Origin: Myxococcales bacterium
Lineage (GTDB): Bacteria > Myxococcota > Myxococcia > Myxococcales > Anaeromyxobacteraceae
DNA length: 28,514 bases
Assembly (NCBI GenBank): GCA_038320275.1
Contig: JBBQEB010000031.1
Coordinates: forward strand, 1-28,514
Direction: 5' to 3'
In this document: piece after piece, positions 7,735-16,728 of the stretch
Numbering within the stretch: position 1 is the stretch's first letter
How the letters are laid out: each line of letters starts with the position of its first letter
Program-made: the position numbers and the translations under genes
Notes under the pieces: model-generated
Databases searched by the model: none
What the model saw: the letters and a program-made list of their open reading frames with translations, nothing else
What the model was told of the DNA's origin: nothing

Positions 7735-9126
7735 ATGAAGGTCTGGAGCCGTCTCGCCGTCGTACTCGTGGCCGCCGCGCTCGCCCAGCGCGCGGACGCG
7801 ATCCCCGCCTTTGCCCGCAAGTACGGAGTCTCCTGCTCGGCGTGTCACGTCGCCTGGCCCATCCTCAACCAGGTGGGGCAGAACTTCCGCGACAATGGCT
7901 ACCGCTTCAAGAACGGCAAGGACCACCCCGAGGCGCAGCGCCCGGAGTACGTCCCGCTCGCGCTGCGCACCACCCCGGCCTACCAGTTCACCCGCACCAC
8001 CAACCAGCCCGCCGGACTCGCGCCGACCGACCCCACCGCTCCCGACACGCGCTATCCCGTGGTGACGCGCACCGGCAGCGTCGCGCCTTCCGGGCTCGAC
8101 ATCCTCACGGCGGGCACCATCTCCGACAATCTCTCCTTCCTGGTGGTGGTGAGCGGCTTCAATCCCGCCAGCCCGGAGGCGGAGCTCGAGTCGGCCTGGG
8201 CGCGCCTCGACGACCTGGCCGGCACCGGCTGGCTCAACCTGAAGGTGGGCAAGTTCGAGCTCGACTCGCCCGCCTCGGCCCACCGCGCCATCTCGCTCCT
8301 CTACAACTACGCGGCGTATTCACCGCGCTTCAACGGCAGCGCGATCAACCTCGACTTCCAGGAGAACCAATACGGCTTCGAGCTCGATGGGCACGACGCC
8401 CGGAGCGCGACCCGCTACTCCCTGGCGCTCGTCTCCGCCCACGACGATCCCGGCTCGAGCGGCGCCTTCTCCTCTCCCTTCCTGTACGGCCACGTCCAGC
8501 GTTCACTCGAGCTCGACAACCCCATCCTGCCCTGGGCGCGACTGGGAGTGCTGGGCGGGATTGGCTGGTGGCCCACCGAGTTCGAGACGCTCGGCACGGC
8601 GGCGCCCACCGGGACCGCGCTGGGAACGTCCGCCGCGACCTCCTCGCCCACGCCGATCGCCGGCACCGGCCGCAATCACAAGAATTACTACCGCGCTGGA
8701 GCGGATCTCTCCTGGATCCTGGGCTATCCCTCGACGCCGTTCTTCTTCACCGTCGCGTACATGTACGGCCGCGAGAGCGCAGGGCTCGCCGCCGGCACGG
8801 ATCCCACCGGCACCATCGACCTCAGCACCCAGGACAACAGCTTCCACGGCGGGTTCGCGGAGCTGGACTGGGCGCCCACCATCAACTTCGTTCTCTTCGC
8901 CCGCTATGACGGGGTGCGCTACGCGACCGCGCCGGGGGACGTCGATGCCGGCACCCTGGGCGTCCGCTACTACCTCGCCCTGGGCCCACGCGCCTCGATG
9001 GCGGTGCACGCCGAGGTGCACGCCGACCGCAACCGCGGCTTCGATCCGGTGGCGGGTGGCCCGAGCTGGAACGGCGGAGACGTCAACGTGCAATCGGCGC
9101 TCCTCGGCCTCGACTTCGCCTACTGA
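7735..9126 (+). CDS. cyc2: Cyc2-type monoheme cytochrome c / outer-membrane porin fusion
   Basis: AGGAGG RBS and a signal peptide. The mature N-terminus IPAFARKYGVSCSACH..WPILNQVGQNFRDNGY matches the Cyc2 pattern PxFARx(4-5)CxxCH...PxL...G..F...GY. It is followed by amphipathic beta-strands (LNLKVGKFE, FVLFARYD) and ends in an aromatic residue (LGLDFAY). Confidence 0.8.
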   Translation: MKVWSRLAVVLVAAALAQRADAIPAFARKYGVSCSACHVAWPILNQVGQNFRDNGYRFKNGKDHPEAQRPEYVPLALRTTPAYQFTRTTNQPAGLAPTDPTAPDTRYPVVTRTGSVAPSGLDILTAGTISDNLSFLVVVSGFNPASPEAELESAWARLDDLAGTGWLNLKVGKFELDSPASAHRAISLLYNYAAYSPRFNGSAINLDFQENQYGFELDGHDARSATRYSLALVSAHDDPGSSGAFSSPFLYGHVQRSLELDNPILPWARLGVLGGIGWWPTEFETLGTAAPTGTALGTSAATSSPTPIAGTGRNHKNYYRAGADLSWILGYPSTPFFFTVAYMYGRESAGLAAGTDPTGTIDLSTQDNSFHGGFAELDWAPTINFVLFARYDGVRYATAPGDVDAGTLGVRYYLALGPRASMAVHAEVHADRNRGFDPVAGGPSWNGGDVNVQSALLGLDFAY

Positions 9127-9141
9127 GAAAGGGACAGATCC

Positions 9142-9861
9142 ATGCGCCGAAACGTCTGCGTCCTCGTCGCCGCGCTCTTCGCGGTGACCGCGCGAGCCAC
9201 CCCCCCCGACGCCGCGGTCGCCGCGCGGGGGGCCAAGGCCTTCAATCGCTATTGCATCTCCTGCCACGGGCAGGACGGCGACGGGCGGGGCCCCACCGCC
9301 GCCTACGTCGATCCGGCGCCGCGCGACTTCACGAGCGGCACCTTCAAGTTCCGCTCGACCCCGAGCGGAACGCTGCCCACCGATGCCGACCTGTACCGGA
9401 CCATCACCACTGGCCTCCATCAGACCGTCATGCCACGCTGGGACGCGATGACCGCGCTCGAGAGGCACGATCTCGTCCAGTACGTGAAGACCTTCTCCCC
9501 GAAGTTCAAGGAGGAGCCGCAACCCGCGCCCATCGCCATTCCCGCCGCGCCGGCCATGACGCCCGAGCTTGCTCGGAAGGGGCACGAGGTCTGGACGAAG
9601 GTGCAGTGCGCCTCTTGTCACGGGGACACGGGCCAAGGGAACGGCGCCTCGGCGGCGACTCTCATGGACGACTGGGGCCACCACATCGAGCCGCGAGACT
9701 TCACGCGCGGTTCGCTCAAGGTGGGCGACGCGCCGGAGGACCTCTACCGGACCTTCATGACCGGGCTCAACGGCACGCCCATGCCGTCCTTCGCCGACTC
9801 GATCTCGCCCGAGGACGCCTGGGCGCTCGTCGCCTACGTGCGCTCGCTGCGAAAGGATTGA
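9142..9861 (+). CDS. Periplasmic diheme c-type cytochrome
   Basis: Signal peptide ending ARA. Heme motifs CISCH and CASCH, distal Met candidates TVMP and TPMP. Paralogous to 6737-7684. Confidence 0.92.
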   Translation: MRRNVCVLVAALFAVTARATPPDAAVAARGAKAFNRYCISCHGQDGDGRGPTAAYVDPAPRDFTSGTFKFRSTPSGTLPTDADLYRTITTGLHQTVMPRWDAMTALERHDLVQYVKTFSPKFKEEPQPAPIAIPAAPAMTPELARKGHEVWTKVQCASCHGDTGQGNGASAATLMDDWGHHIEPRDFTRGSLKVGDAPEDLYRTFMTGLNGTPMPSFADSISPEDAWALVAYVRSLRKD

Positions 9862-9868
9862 GTCCACC

Positions 9869-10087
9869 ATGGAGCAGCTCGCCACGGCCGCGCTGGGAGT
9901 GAGCCTCGCGCTGGCGCTCGCCCAGCGTGACCTGTCGGATCACGGCCGTGGCTGGCTCTCCGGGATGGCGTGGGTCTTCCCGGTCCTCCTCCTCATCGTG
10001 ATCACGTTCGTTTATGTGTTCCGGCGCATCCGCACGCGCGACAGGGGGCGAGGGCTCGGCCCGCCAGGCCCCCCTCGGCGCAGATGA
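9869..10087 (+). CDS. Small membrane protein
   Basis: Starts 7 bp after the cytochrome stop. Hydrophobic helix WVFPVLLLIVITFVYVF followed by an Arg-rich tail. Confidence 0.55.
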   Translation: MEQLATAALGVSLALALAQRDLSDHGRGWLSGMAWVFPVLLLIVITFVYVFRRIRTRDRGRGLGPPGPPRRR

Positions 10088-10232
10088 GCCTCGAGCAGCG
10101 ACGCACGACCGCCCGCCTGCGAGGATAGCAACGCGAGGGTCCTCGGCCCCGAGCGGGCACTGAAGTTACCGGCGAAGGCCGCCGCCGTGGCATCCTGCGG
10201 CGCGCGGGCAGCCGCCCGTCTCAGGAGGTCGC

Positions 10233-10814
10233 ATGTTCGGTCTCGTCGTCGTGCTGGGGCTCGCCGTCGCCGTGGCCCTGTTCGCCGTCTCGCTCCGGAA
10301 CGGCCTCGTGACGAGGCGCAACGCCTACAAGAACGCTTATGCCCAGATCGACGTGCAGCTGAAGCGGCGCCACGATCTCGTCCCGAACCTCGTCGAGACG
10401 GCGAAGGCGTACATGGCGCACGAGCGCGGCACGCTGGAGGCGGTGGTGGCAGCCCGCAACGGCGCCGCCACCGCGGGGCGCGCAGCCGCGGCGAGCCCCG
10501 GGGAGCCGGGGGCGATGTCGGCGATGGCGAGCGCGGAAGGCGCCCTCTCGGGCATGCTCTCGCGATTCATGGCGGTGGCAGAGGCCTATCCCGACCTGAA
10601 GGCCAACACGAACATGCTCGCCCTCCAGGAGGAGCTCTCCTCCACCGAGAACCGCATCGCCTTCGCCCGGCAGGCCTTCAACGACGCAGTGATGACCTAC
10701 AACAACGCGCGGGAGACCTTCCCCGGATCGCTCCTCGCGGGCCCGTTCTCCGCGGCCACGCCGTTCACGGTCGAGGTACCGGCCGAGCGCGAGCCGGTCG
10801 CGGTGAAGTTCTAG
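10233..10814 (+). CDS. lemA: LemA family protein
   Basis: AGGAGG RBS. IDVQLKRRHDLVPNLVET, EAYPDLKAN and LSSTENRIAFARQ. Confidence 0.95.
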   Translation: MFGLVVVLGLAVAVALFAVSLRNGLVTRRNAYKNAYAQIDVQLKRRHDLVPNLVETAKAYMAHERGTLEAVVAARNGAATAGRAAAASPGEPGAMSAMASAEGALSGMLSRFMAVAEAYPDLKANTNMLALQEELSSTENRIAFARQAFNDAVMTYNNARETFPGSLLAGPFSAATPFTVEVPAEREPVAVKF

Positions 10815-10817
10815 CCC

Positions 10818-12665
10818 ATGGGCGGGGCCATCCCGCCCGTGCCTGCCGAGGCGCGGACCACCCTCGACTTCTTCGCCGCGCAGGAGAGCGCGAAGCGCCG
10901 TACCCGCCTGCTCGTCGTGGTCTTCGGGCTCGCCGTCGCGATCGACGCCGCCCTCGTGTACGTCGCGCTGGCCTCGGTGGCGGGGGGGTCGCCCGGGACG
11001 CTCGCCCTCGCCTGCCTGGGGACGGTGGGGGTGGTCGGCCTGGGGGCCGGGTACCACGCCCTGCGGCTCGCGTCGGGCGGCGGCGAGGCGGTGGCGGCCA
11101 TGCTCGGTGGGACGCCGGTGGACCGCGCCTCGCAGGACCCCGGGCTGCGCCGGTTCGTGAACGTCGTCGAGGAGATGGCGGTCGCATCCGGCCTCCCCGT
11201 GCCAGCGCTCTACGTGCTCGAGCGCGAACCGGGGATCAATGCCTTCGCTGCGGGGTTCTCGCGCGACCGCAGCGTGGTCGCGGTCACGCGCGGAGCACTC
11301 GATCACCTCGGGCGCGACGAGCTCCAGGGGGTGGTGGCCCACGAGCTCTCGCATGTCGCCCACGCCGACACGCGCATCGATCTCCAGCTCATGGCCGCCG
11401 TGGGCGGGCTCACGGCGATCTCGCTGGTCGGGCGCGTGCTGCTGAACTCGGCGTCGCGAAGCTCCTCCCGCGATCGCAGGAACGACCCGGGTGCCGCTCT
11501 CCTCGTCGCCGGCCTCGCCTTCATCGTCGCGGGCGCGCTCGGCTCCCTCCTGGGGAAGGTGGTGCGCTTCGCCGTCGCCCGGCAGCGCGAGTGGCTGGCC
11601 GACGCGGCGGCGGTGCAATTCACGCGCAATCCCGACGGGCTCGCGGGTGCCTTGCGCAAGATCGCCTCGGAGGGCTCGGCGCTCCTGAGCCCTCGCGCCC
11701 CCGAAGCGGGTCACCTCCTCTTCGCCACCGGAGCGACGGGCATCTTCCAGGGGCTCTTCTCGACCCATCCCCCCATCGAGGAACGCATCCGGCGCCTCGC
11801 GAGATCCGGTGAAGGGCCTGCGGTCGCCGCGAGCGCGACCCAGGCGCGCCCTCTCGAGAGCGCCGCGCTCGCCAGCCCGACGCCCCACCGCCAGCCGGGC
11901 CCGGAGGACCTCGAGCGCGCCTCGGCCGTTCTCCAGTCCTTCCCGCCCACCCTCGTCGACGCGGCGCGCGCGCCCTTCGGCGCCTGCGCCCTCTGCTGCG
12001 CCCTCCTGCTCGACGAGGCGCCCGAGGTCCGGGGCCGGCAGCTGTTGGGCCTCGCCGAGGGCACCGGCATGCGCCGGGAGGCGGAGCAGCTCGCGTCCCT
12101 GCTCAGCGCGGTCTCGCGCCCGAGCCGCCTCGCCCTCCTCGACCTCGCCCTCCCCGCGCTCGACGGCCTCTCCCCGGAGCAGGCCCGCGCGCTCGGCGGA
12201 GCGCTCCAGGCCCTCGCACAGTCCGATGGCACCACCACGCCCTTCGAGTGGGCGGTGCAGCGGATCGCCCTCCGCCGGCTCGGCCGCGGCGCAGGCGTTC
12301 CTCCCCGCGCGCGGGTGGCCGCGCTGGAGCAGCTCTATCCCGAGGCGCTCACCCTGCTGTGCGCGGTCGCGCGGGCCGGGCGGTCCGACGAGGCAGGCGC
12401 CCAGGCGGCGCTCGCAGCGGGCGCGCTGGCGGTGGGCGGCGGCGCCTGGAGGCTCTTGCCAGCCGATCGCTGCGCGCTCGGCCACCTCGACGCCGCCCTG
12501 CTGCGCCTCGACGAAAGCACGCCTGAGGTGAAGATGAAGGTGGTGCAGGCATGTGCCGCCACGGCGCTCTCCGACGGGAAGGTGGCCGACGACGAGGCGG
12601 AGCTGGTGCGGGCGTTCGCGGCGGCGCTGGGAGTCGGCGTGCCGAGGCTCCTGGTCGGGGGATGA
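10818..12665 (+). CDS. M48 (HtpX-like) membrane metalloprotease with a long helical C-terminal extension
   Basis: INAFAAG, AHELSH (HExxH), REWLADA and STHPPIEERI. Directly follows lemA. Confidence 0.92.
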   Translation: MGGAIPPVPAEARTTLDFFAAQESAKRRTRLLVVVFGLAVAIDAALVYVALASVAGGSPGTLALACLGTVGVVGLGAGYHALRLASGGGEAVAAMLGGTPVDRASQDPGLRRFVNVVEEMAVASGLPVPALYVLEREPGINAFAAGFSRDRSVVAVTRGALDHLGRDELQGVVAHELSHVAHADTRIDLQLMAAVGGLTAISLVGRVLLNSASRSSSRDRRNDPGAALLVAGLAFIVAGALGSLLGKVVRFAVARQREWLADAAAVQFTRNPDGLAGALRKIASEGSALLSPRAPEAGHLLFATGATGIFQGLFSTHPPIEERIRRLARSGEGPAVAASATQARPLESAALASPTPHRQPGPEDLERASAVLQSFPPTLVDAARAPFGACALCCALLLDEAPEVRGRQLLGLAEGTGMRREAEQLASLLSAVSRPSRLALLDLALPALDGLSPEQARALGGALQALAQSDGTTTPFEWAVQRIALRRLGRGAGVPPRARVAALEQLYPEALTLLCAVARAGRSDEAGAQAALAAGALAVGGGAWRLLPADRCALGHLDAALLRLDESTPEVKMKVVQACAATALSDGKVADDEAELVRAFAAALGVGVPRLLVGG

Positions 12666-12843
12666 CCTCGGCTGACGTGGCATCCCGGCGCATCGCCTGT
12701 GCGTCTGAGCCGGTCACGCCGGACCTGTTCAAGAGAAGGCCGGCGCAGTCTTCGAGCACGTCTATCCGCGGGATGGCGTTTCGGCCGCCGTTCACACGTT
12801 GCCGGGCATGGTGGCCGGCAGTCGCTTTTCCGGAGGGTCGATC

Positions 12844-13638
12844 GTGATCACCGTCCGCTCCCTGCACCTCTACCCCGTGAAGTCGCTTGGCCGCGGCATC
12901 TCGCTTCCCCGCGCGACGGCGGGCGACCGCGGCTTCCTTCACGACCGCCGCTTCCTCGTCGTGGACGAGGAGGGCCGGTTCCTGACCCAGCGCGTGCTTC
13001 CCCGGATGGCGCTCGTCACCGTCGCGCTCGCAGGCGACGCGCTGTGGCTCACCACCCCGGGAGCTCCGCCGCTCGACGTTCCGCTCGCGCCATCCGGCGG
13101 ACCGCTGCGCGAAGTCACCATCTGGCGAGACCGCGTCCTGGCGCTGGGGCTCGGGCCCGTTCCCGCGCGCTGGCTCTCGGAGGTGCTCGGACGGCCCTGC
13201 GAGCTCGTCCACATGCCGGATGCGAGCTTGCGTGCCACAGACCCCGCGTACGGGCCGGGCCTGGTGGGCTTCGCCGACGCCTATCCGTTCCTGCTCGCGT
13301 CGCTCGACTCGCGCGCCGAGCTCGCCCGCCGCGGCGCGGACGTTCCCATGGAACGCTTCCGCCCCAACGTCGTGGTCGAAGGCGCAGCGCCCTTCGCGGA
13401 GGACGGCTGGAAGCGGCTCCACATCGGCACCGCCACCTTCCGGGTGGCCACCCGCTGCGTTCGGTGCGCCATCACCACCGTCGATCCGGAGCGTGGCGCC
13501 TTCGCCGGACCCGAGCCGCTGCGCACGCTCGCTGCGTTCCGAGCCGTGGAGGGCGGCGTGGTGTTCGGCATGAACCTCGTCCACGAGAAGACGGGCGAGG
13601 TGAGCGTGGGCGACGAGGTCCTGGTCGAGCCAGGTTGA
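12844..13638 (+). CDS. MOSC domain protein (YcbX/mARC N-terminal type)
   Basis: YPVKS, DRRF, GFADAYP, RFRPNVVV, RCVRC and FGMN. GGAGG precedes GTG 12844. Confidence 0.92.
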   Translation: MITVRSLHLYPVKSLGRGISLPRATAGDRGFLHDRRFLVVDEEGRFLTQRVLPRMALVTVALAGDALWLTTPGAPPLDVPLAPSGGPLREVTIWRDRVLALGLGPVPARWLSEVLGRPCELVHMPDASLRATDPAYGPGLVGFADAYPFLLASLDSRAELARRGADVPMERFRPNVVVEGAAPFAEDGWKRLHIGTATFRVATRCVRCAITTVDPERGAFAGPEPLRTLAAFRAVEGGVVFGMNLVHEKTGEVSVGDEVLVEPG

Positions 13639-13665
13639 CGACCCCGGGAGGCGCCCGCCAGCCGT

Positions 13666-15432
13666 TCAGGCGATCTCGAGCCACTCGAACCACACTTGAT
13701 GGTGGGCCTTGTACCACTCCAGCACCTTGCGGATGGCGACCTGCTTCTCCTTCGGCATCACCTTCTCGTCCACCCGGTCGAAGTGCACCCGCAGCGTGTC
13801 CCCGTCATGCTCCAGCGCCTGCGACAGCATGGTCTGCAGCTCGTTGCGGATCCGGCCCGAGTCGCTGATCTTCACCGCCCGCTTGGTGTGATCGACCCCG
13901 GAGAGGAAGCGCACCAGGAGCGGGCTGAAGACGTGGCGTGCCTCGTCGAGCGGCTCCATCAGCCTGAAGGTGAAGGTGATGAGGCTCGAGGCCTGCCGCG
14001 TCGCGAGGCGCGTCGCGACCTTGTAGCGGCCGTCGCCCAGGTCGGTCACCGCCGGCGACCCCGTGTACGGGTCGTCGCCCATGAAGCCGATGCTCGCCAG
14101 CACGCTCCAGTTCTTCTCGGGCAGGAAATCGTCGGCCCGGAGCACGCGCTTTCCGAGCGGCATGTTCGAGTCGCGCGCATCGCGGATCGCGTCGGCATAG
14201 GCCTTCACCTTCTCCCCGGGGACCTCGCGGCCGTAGATCGCGCTCACCTGACGCGCGAAGTCCGGCGCCCTCTCGTCGAGCCGCATGAGCTGCCCTTCCA
14301 CGTCGCAGGGGAGCTCGAAGGTGGGCGAGAAGATCGCCATGCTGCAGTCGACGTCGAGCACCTCCGAGAGGCTGGCCGCCTGCATGGCCTCCGCCGTCGC
14401 GGCGTACCCGTCGCAGAGGAAGACGTGCGTGGCGCCCTCCGTGTCCTTCCAGCTCCCCACCAGGAAGGTCGGCGCGTAGGTGCCGGAGTCGGTGAACACC
14501 TCGATGCCGGAGGGCGTCTTCCACCCGTCCTCCACGACGTGCGCGCCGAGCGCTTTCCACTCCTCCCAGAGCTTGCCCAGTCGCGCCACGCGGCTCTTCC
14601 CGCCCAGCGTCCAGACGTGGATGTTCTCGCGACGGAGCCCCGGGTACGCCGCCTCGATGGCCTCCGCCACCTGCCTTCGCGGGGTGCGGTAGTCGAGCAG
14701 CACCGAGGCGCGCTCCGCCACGTCCGCCACGCGCCGCGGCACGGTGAGGCTCCCCATGTACGACTCGTAGGGACGGCTCATGGTGAGCGGAGAGTCGAAC
14801 AGGTGGAACACGGCCATGGGGCCGGTCTTCTTGCCCTCCGCGAAGCGCGAGGTGTTCTCGAGGGTATCCACCGCCGCGCCCCACAGCGTGATGCCCTGTT
14901 CCTGCAGCTCCGCGTAGAACGAATCGAACGAGTGGCTGGGATCGTTCAGCAGCCGGTGGACCGCGGCGTCCACCCGCCGCGCCACCTCGGGCCGCGCGTA
15001 CACTCGCCCGAAGCCGAGCAGCGGGTTCGCGCCCATCTCGGGCGTCTCGCCGGCCTTGGGCATGAGCCCCTCGCCCAGGCACACCATGATGGCGTGGTTC
15101 TCGGGCAGGGTGCGGGTGAGGTGCCAGAGCCCCTCGCTCATGACGTAGGCGCTGATGGCGTCGGCTGACTTCTTCACCTGGTTGTAGGCGTGCTTGTCCT
15201 TGCCGGCGCCGGCGCCGAAGTCGCCGAAGAGGCGCGTCCCGAGCGCGGTGGCGGCGGACGTCATGGCGAGGCAGCGCGCGATCCCGCGCGGCGTGAAGGA
15301 GTGCGCCGACACCGGAGCGTCCTGGTTGCGCTCCACCTCCACGTCCTCCAGCCAGAGATGGAAGCGCAGGAGCACCGGACGGGTGTCGAAGGCCCACTGC
15401 GCGACGGCGTTGCGCTGCTCCAGATCGGTCAC
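13666..15432 (-). CDS. Conserved hypothetical protein, probable divergent class II FBPase (GlpX)-fold phosphatase
   Basis: About 588 aa with strong codon bias and GGAG before GTG 15432. Ordered motifs KKSAD, CLGEG, AVDTLENT, YMGSL and DGYAATAEAMQAASL. Confidence 0.65.
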   Translation of the reverse strand: MTDLEQRNAVAQWAFDTRPVLLRFHLWLEDVEVERNQDAPVSAHSFTPRGIARCLAMTSAATALGTRLFGDFGAGAGKDKHAYNQVKKSADAISAYVMSEGLWHLTRTLPENHAIMVCLGEGLMPKAGETPEMGANPLLGFGRVYARPEVARRVDAAVHRLLNDPSHSFDSFYAELQEQGITLWGAAVDTLENTSRFAEGKKTGPMAVFHLFDSPLTMSRPYESYMGSLTVPRRVADVAERASVLLDYRTPRRQVAEAIEAAYPGLRRENIHVWTLGGKSRVARLGKLWEEWKALGAHVVEDGWKTPSGIEVFTDSGTYAPTFLVGSWKDTEGATHVFLCDGYAATAEAMQAASLSEVLDVDCSMAIFSPTFELPCDVEGQLMRLDERAPDFARQVSAIYGREVPGEKVKAYADAIRDARDSNMPLGKRVLRADDFLPEKNWSVLASIGFMGDDPYTGSPAVTDLGDGRYKVATRLATRQASSLITFTFRLMEPLDEARHVFSPLLVRFLSGVDHTKRAVKISDSGRIRNELQTMLSQALEHDGDTLRVHFDRVDEKVMPKEKQVAIRKVLEWYKAHHQVWFEWLEIA

Positions 15433-15544
15433 GGCGATCTCCAGGAAGAGGAAGCCCGGCGCGGGCGTCCCGCATCTTAAGCCACCGCCCGGCCCCGCAC
15501 CTGCGTTGACATGCCACGCCCCGCCGCATACGAAGCGCGGCATC

Positions 15545-16123
15545 GTGCTACCCGAGATCGACGAGGGCGCGCCCCGGGAGCTGGACCTGCGCGAGGTCAG
15601 CCGCGCCGCGCTCTTCGTGGCGCTGGGGCTCGCCTTTCCGGCGGCCTTCCACGCCGTCCGGCTCGGGCACGTGCTCCTGCCGATGTACCTCCCGGTCCTG
15701 ACCGCGGCTTTCCTCCTGCGGCCCTCCTGGGCCGCCGCGGTGGGCGCGGCCACCCCCCTCGTTTCGGCCCTCGCCACCGGCATGCCCCCCATGTTCCCCC
15801 CCATCGCCATGTGGATGGCGGTGGAGCTCGCGCTCATGGCCCTTGCACTGTCGGTGCTGTCCCGGCGCACCCATCTGCCGCGCGCGGCGCTCCTCGCGGG
15901 CGTCCTCGTGGCCGGCCGCATCCTCTATGCCGGGCTGGTGTACGCCACCGGACTCTGGCTCGCCCTCCCCGCACGCGTGCTGGGGCTCGCCGCGCTCCTC
16001 TCCGCATGGCCGGGGATGCTCCTCGCGGTGGCCGTCGTTCCGCCCGTCGCCGCGGCCCTCGCGATGCGGGAGGCGCGCGCCGCTCCGCGCGTCGCCGACT
16101 CCACCGGAGCTCCGCCCGCATGA
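15545..16123 (+). CDS. ECF transporter S component
   Basis: RAALFVALGLAFPAAFH, LLPMYLPV and TGMPPMFP, about six TM helices, in an operon with T and A components. The start is uncertain. Confidence 0.8.
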   Translation: MLPEIDEGAPRELDLREVSRAALFVALGLAFPAAFHAVRLGHVLLPMYLPVLTAAFLLRPSWAAAVGAATPLVSALATGMPPMFPPIAMWMAVELALMALALSVLSRRTHLPRAALLAGVLVAGRILYAGLVYATGLWLALPARVLGLAALLSAWPGMLLAVAVVPPVAAALAMREARAAPRVADSTGAPPA

Positions 16124-16728
16124 CCGGCAGGCAGCAGTTCTTCGGGACCATGGCGGCCCGCTGGGACGCGCTCCATCCGCCGTCCCTGCAGGCGGAGGCG
16201 GTCGCGCGGGGCCTCGCCCTCGTGGAGCCGCTCGACGGCGCGCGAGCCGTGGACGTGGGCTGCGGCACGGGCATCCTCGTCGGTCCCCTGCTGGACCGCC
16301 TTGGGGAGGGAAGGCTCCTGGCGATCGACTTCGCGCCGCAGATGATCGCCGTCGCGCAGGCGCGCTTTCCCGACCCGAGGGTCTCCTTCGTGAGCTGCGA
16401 CGTGCTGGAGGCGCCCGTCGAGCCGGGCTGGGCCACGCACGTCCTCTGCTACAACACATTTCCTCACTTTCCCGAGCCCGCCGCGGCGCTCTCCGCCTGG
16501 CTGCGCTGGCTCGCGCCGGGCGGCGGCGCCATCGTCTGGCACGACGCGCCTCGCGAGGCGGTGGCCCGCATCCACGCCGGGGTGGGCGGCGCCATCGGCT
16601 CCGATGTCCTGCCTCCAGCGCGCGAGCTGTCCCTCATGTTCGAGGCTGCGGGCTTCACGGCGGACGTGGCGCACGACGACGATCGGGGCTTCGCCGTGGT
16701 CGGGCGCCGTCGCGCCGCCCCGAGATGA
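16120..16728 (+). CDS. Class I SAM-dependent methyltransferase
   Basis: VDVGCGTG, IDFAPQM and LAPGG. ATGA overlaps at both ends. Confidence 0.88.
   Translation: MTGRQQFFGTMAARWDALHPPSLQAEAVARGLALVEPLDGARAVDVGCGTGILVGPLLDRLGEGRLLAIDFAPQMIAVAQARFPDPRVSFVSCDVLEAPVEPGWATHVLCYNTFPHFPEPAAALSAWLRWLAPGGGAIVWHDAPREAVARIHAGVGGAIGSDVLPPARELSLMFEAAGFTADVAHDDDRGFAVVGRRRAAPR

Noticed and set aside
10221..12683. 820-aa antisense ORF and similar long antisense frames (4198-5985, 13696-15168)
   Set aside because: These are shadows of strongly biased sense genes and carry no recognisable motifs.
12727..12735. TTCAAGAGA in a hairpin loop, the common synthetic shRNA loop
   Set aside because: The stem is short and imperfect, and there is no vector sequence nearby. 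A 9-mer match is compatible with chance.
15433..15544. Cobalamin or other riboswitch ahead of the ECF operon
   Set aside because: The divergent intergenic gap is only about 110 bp and shows no B12-box or other recognisable aptamer.
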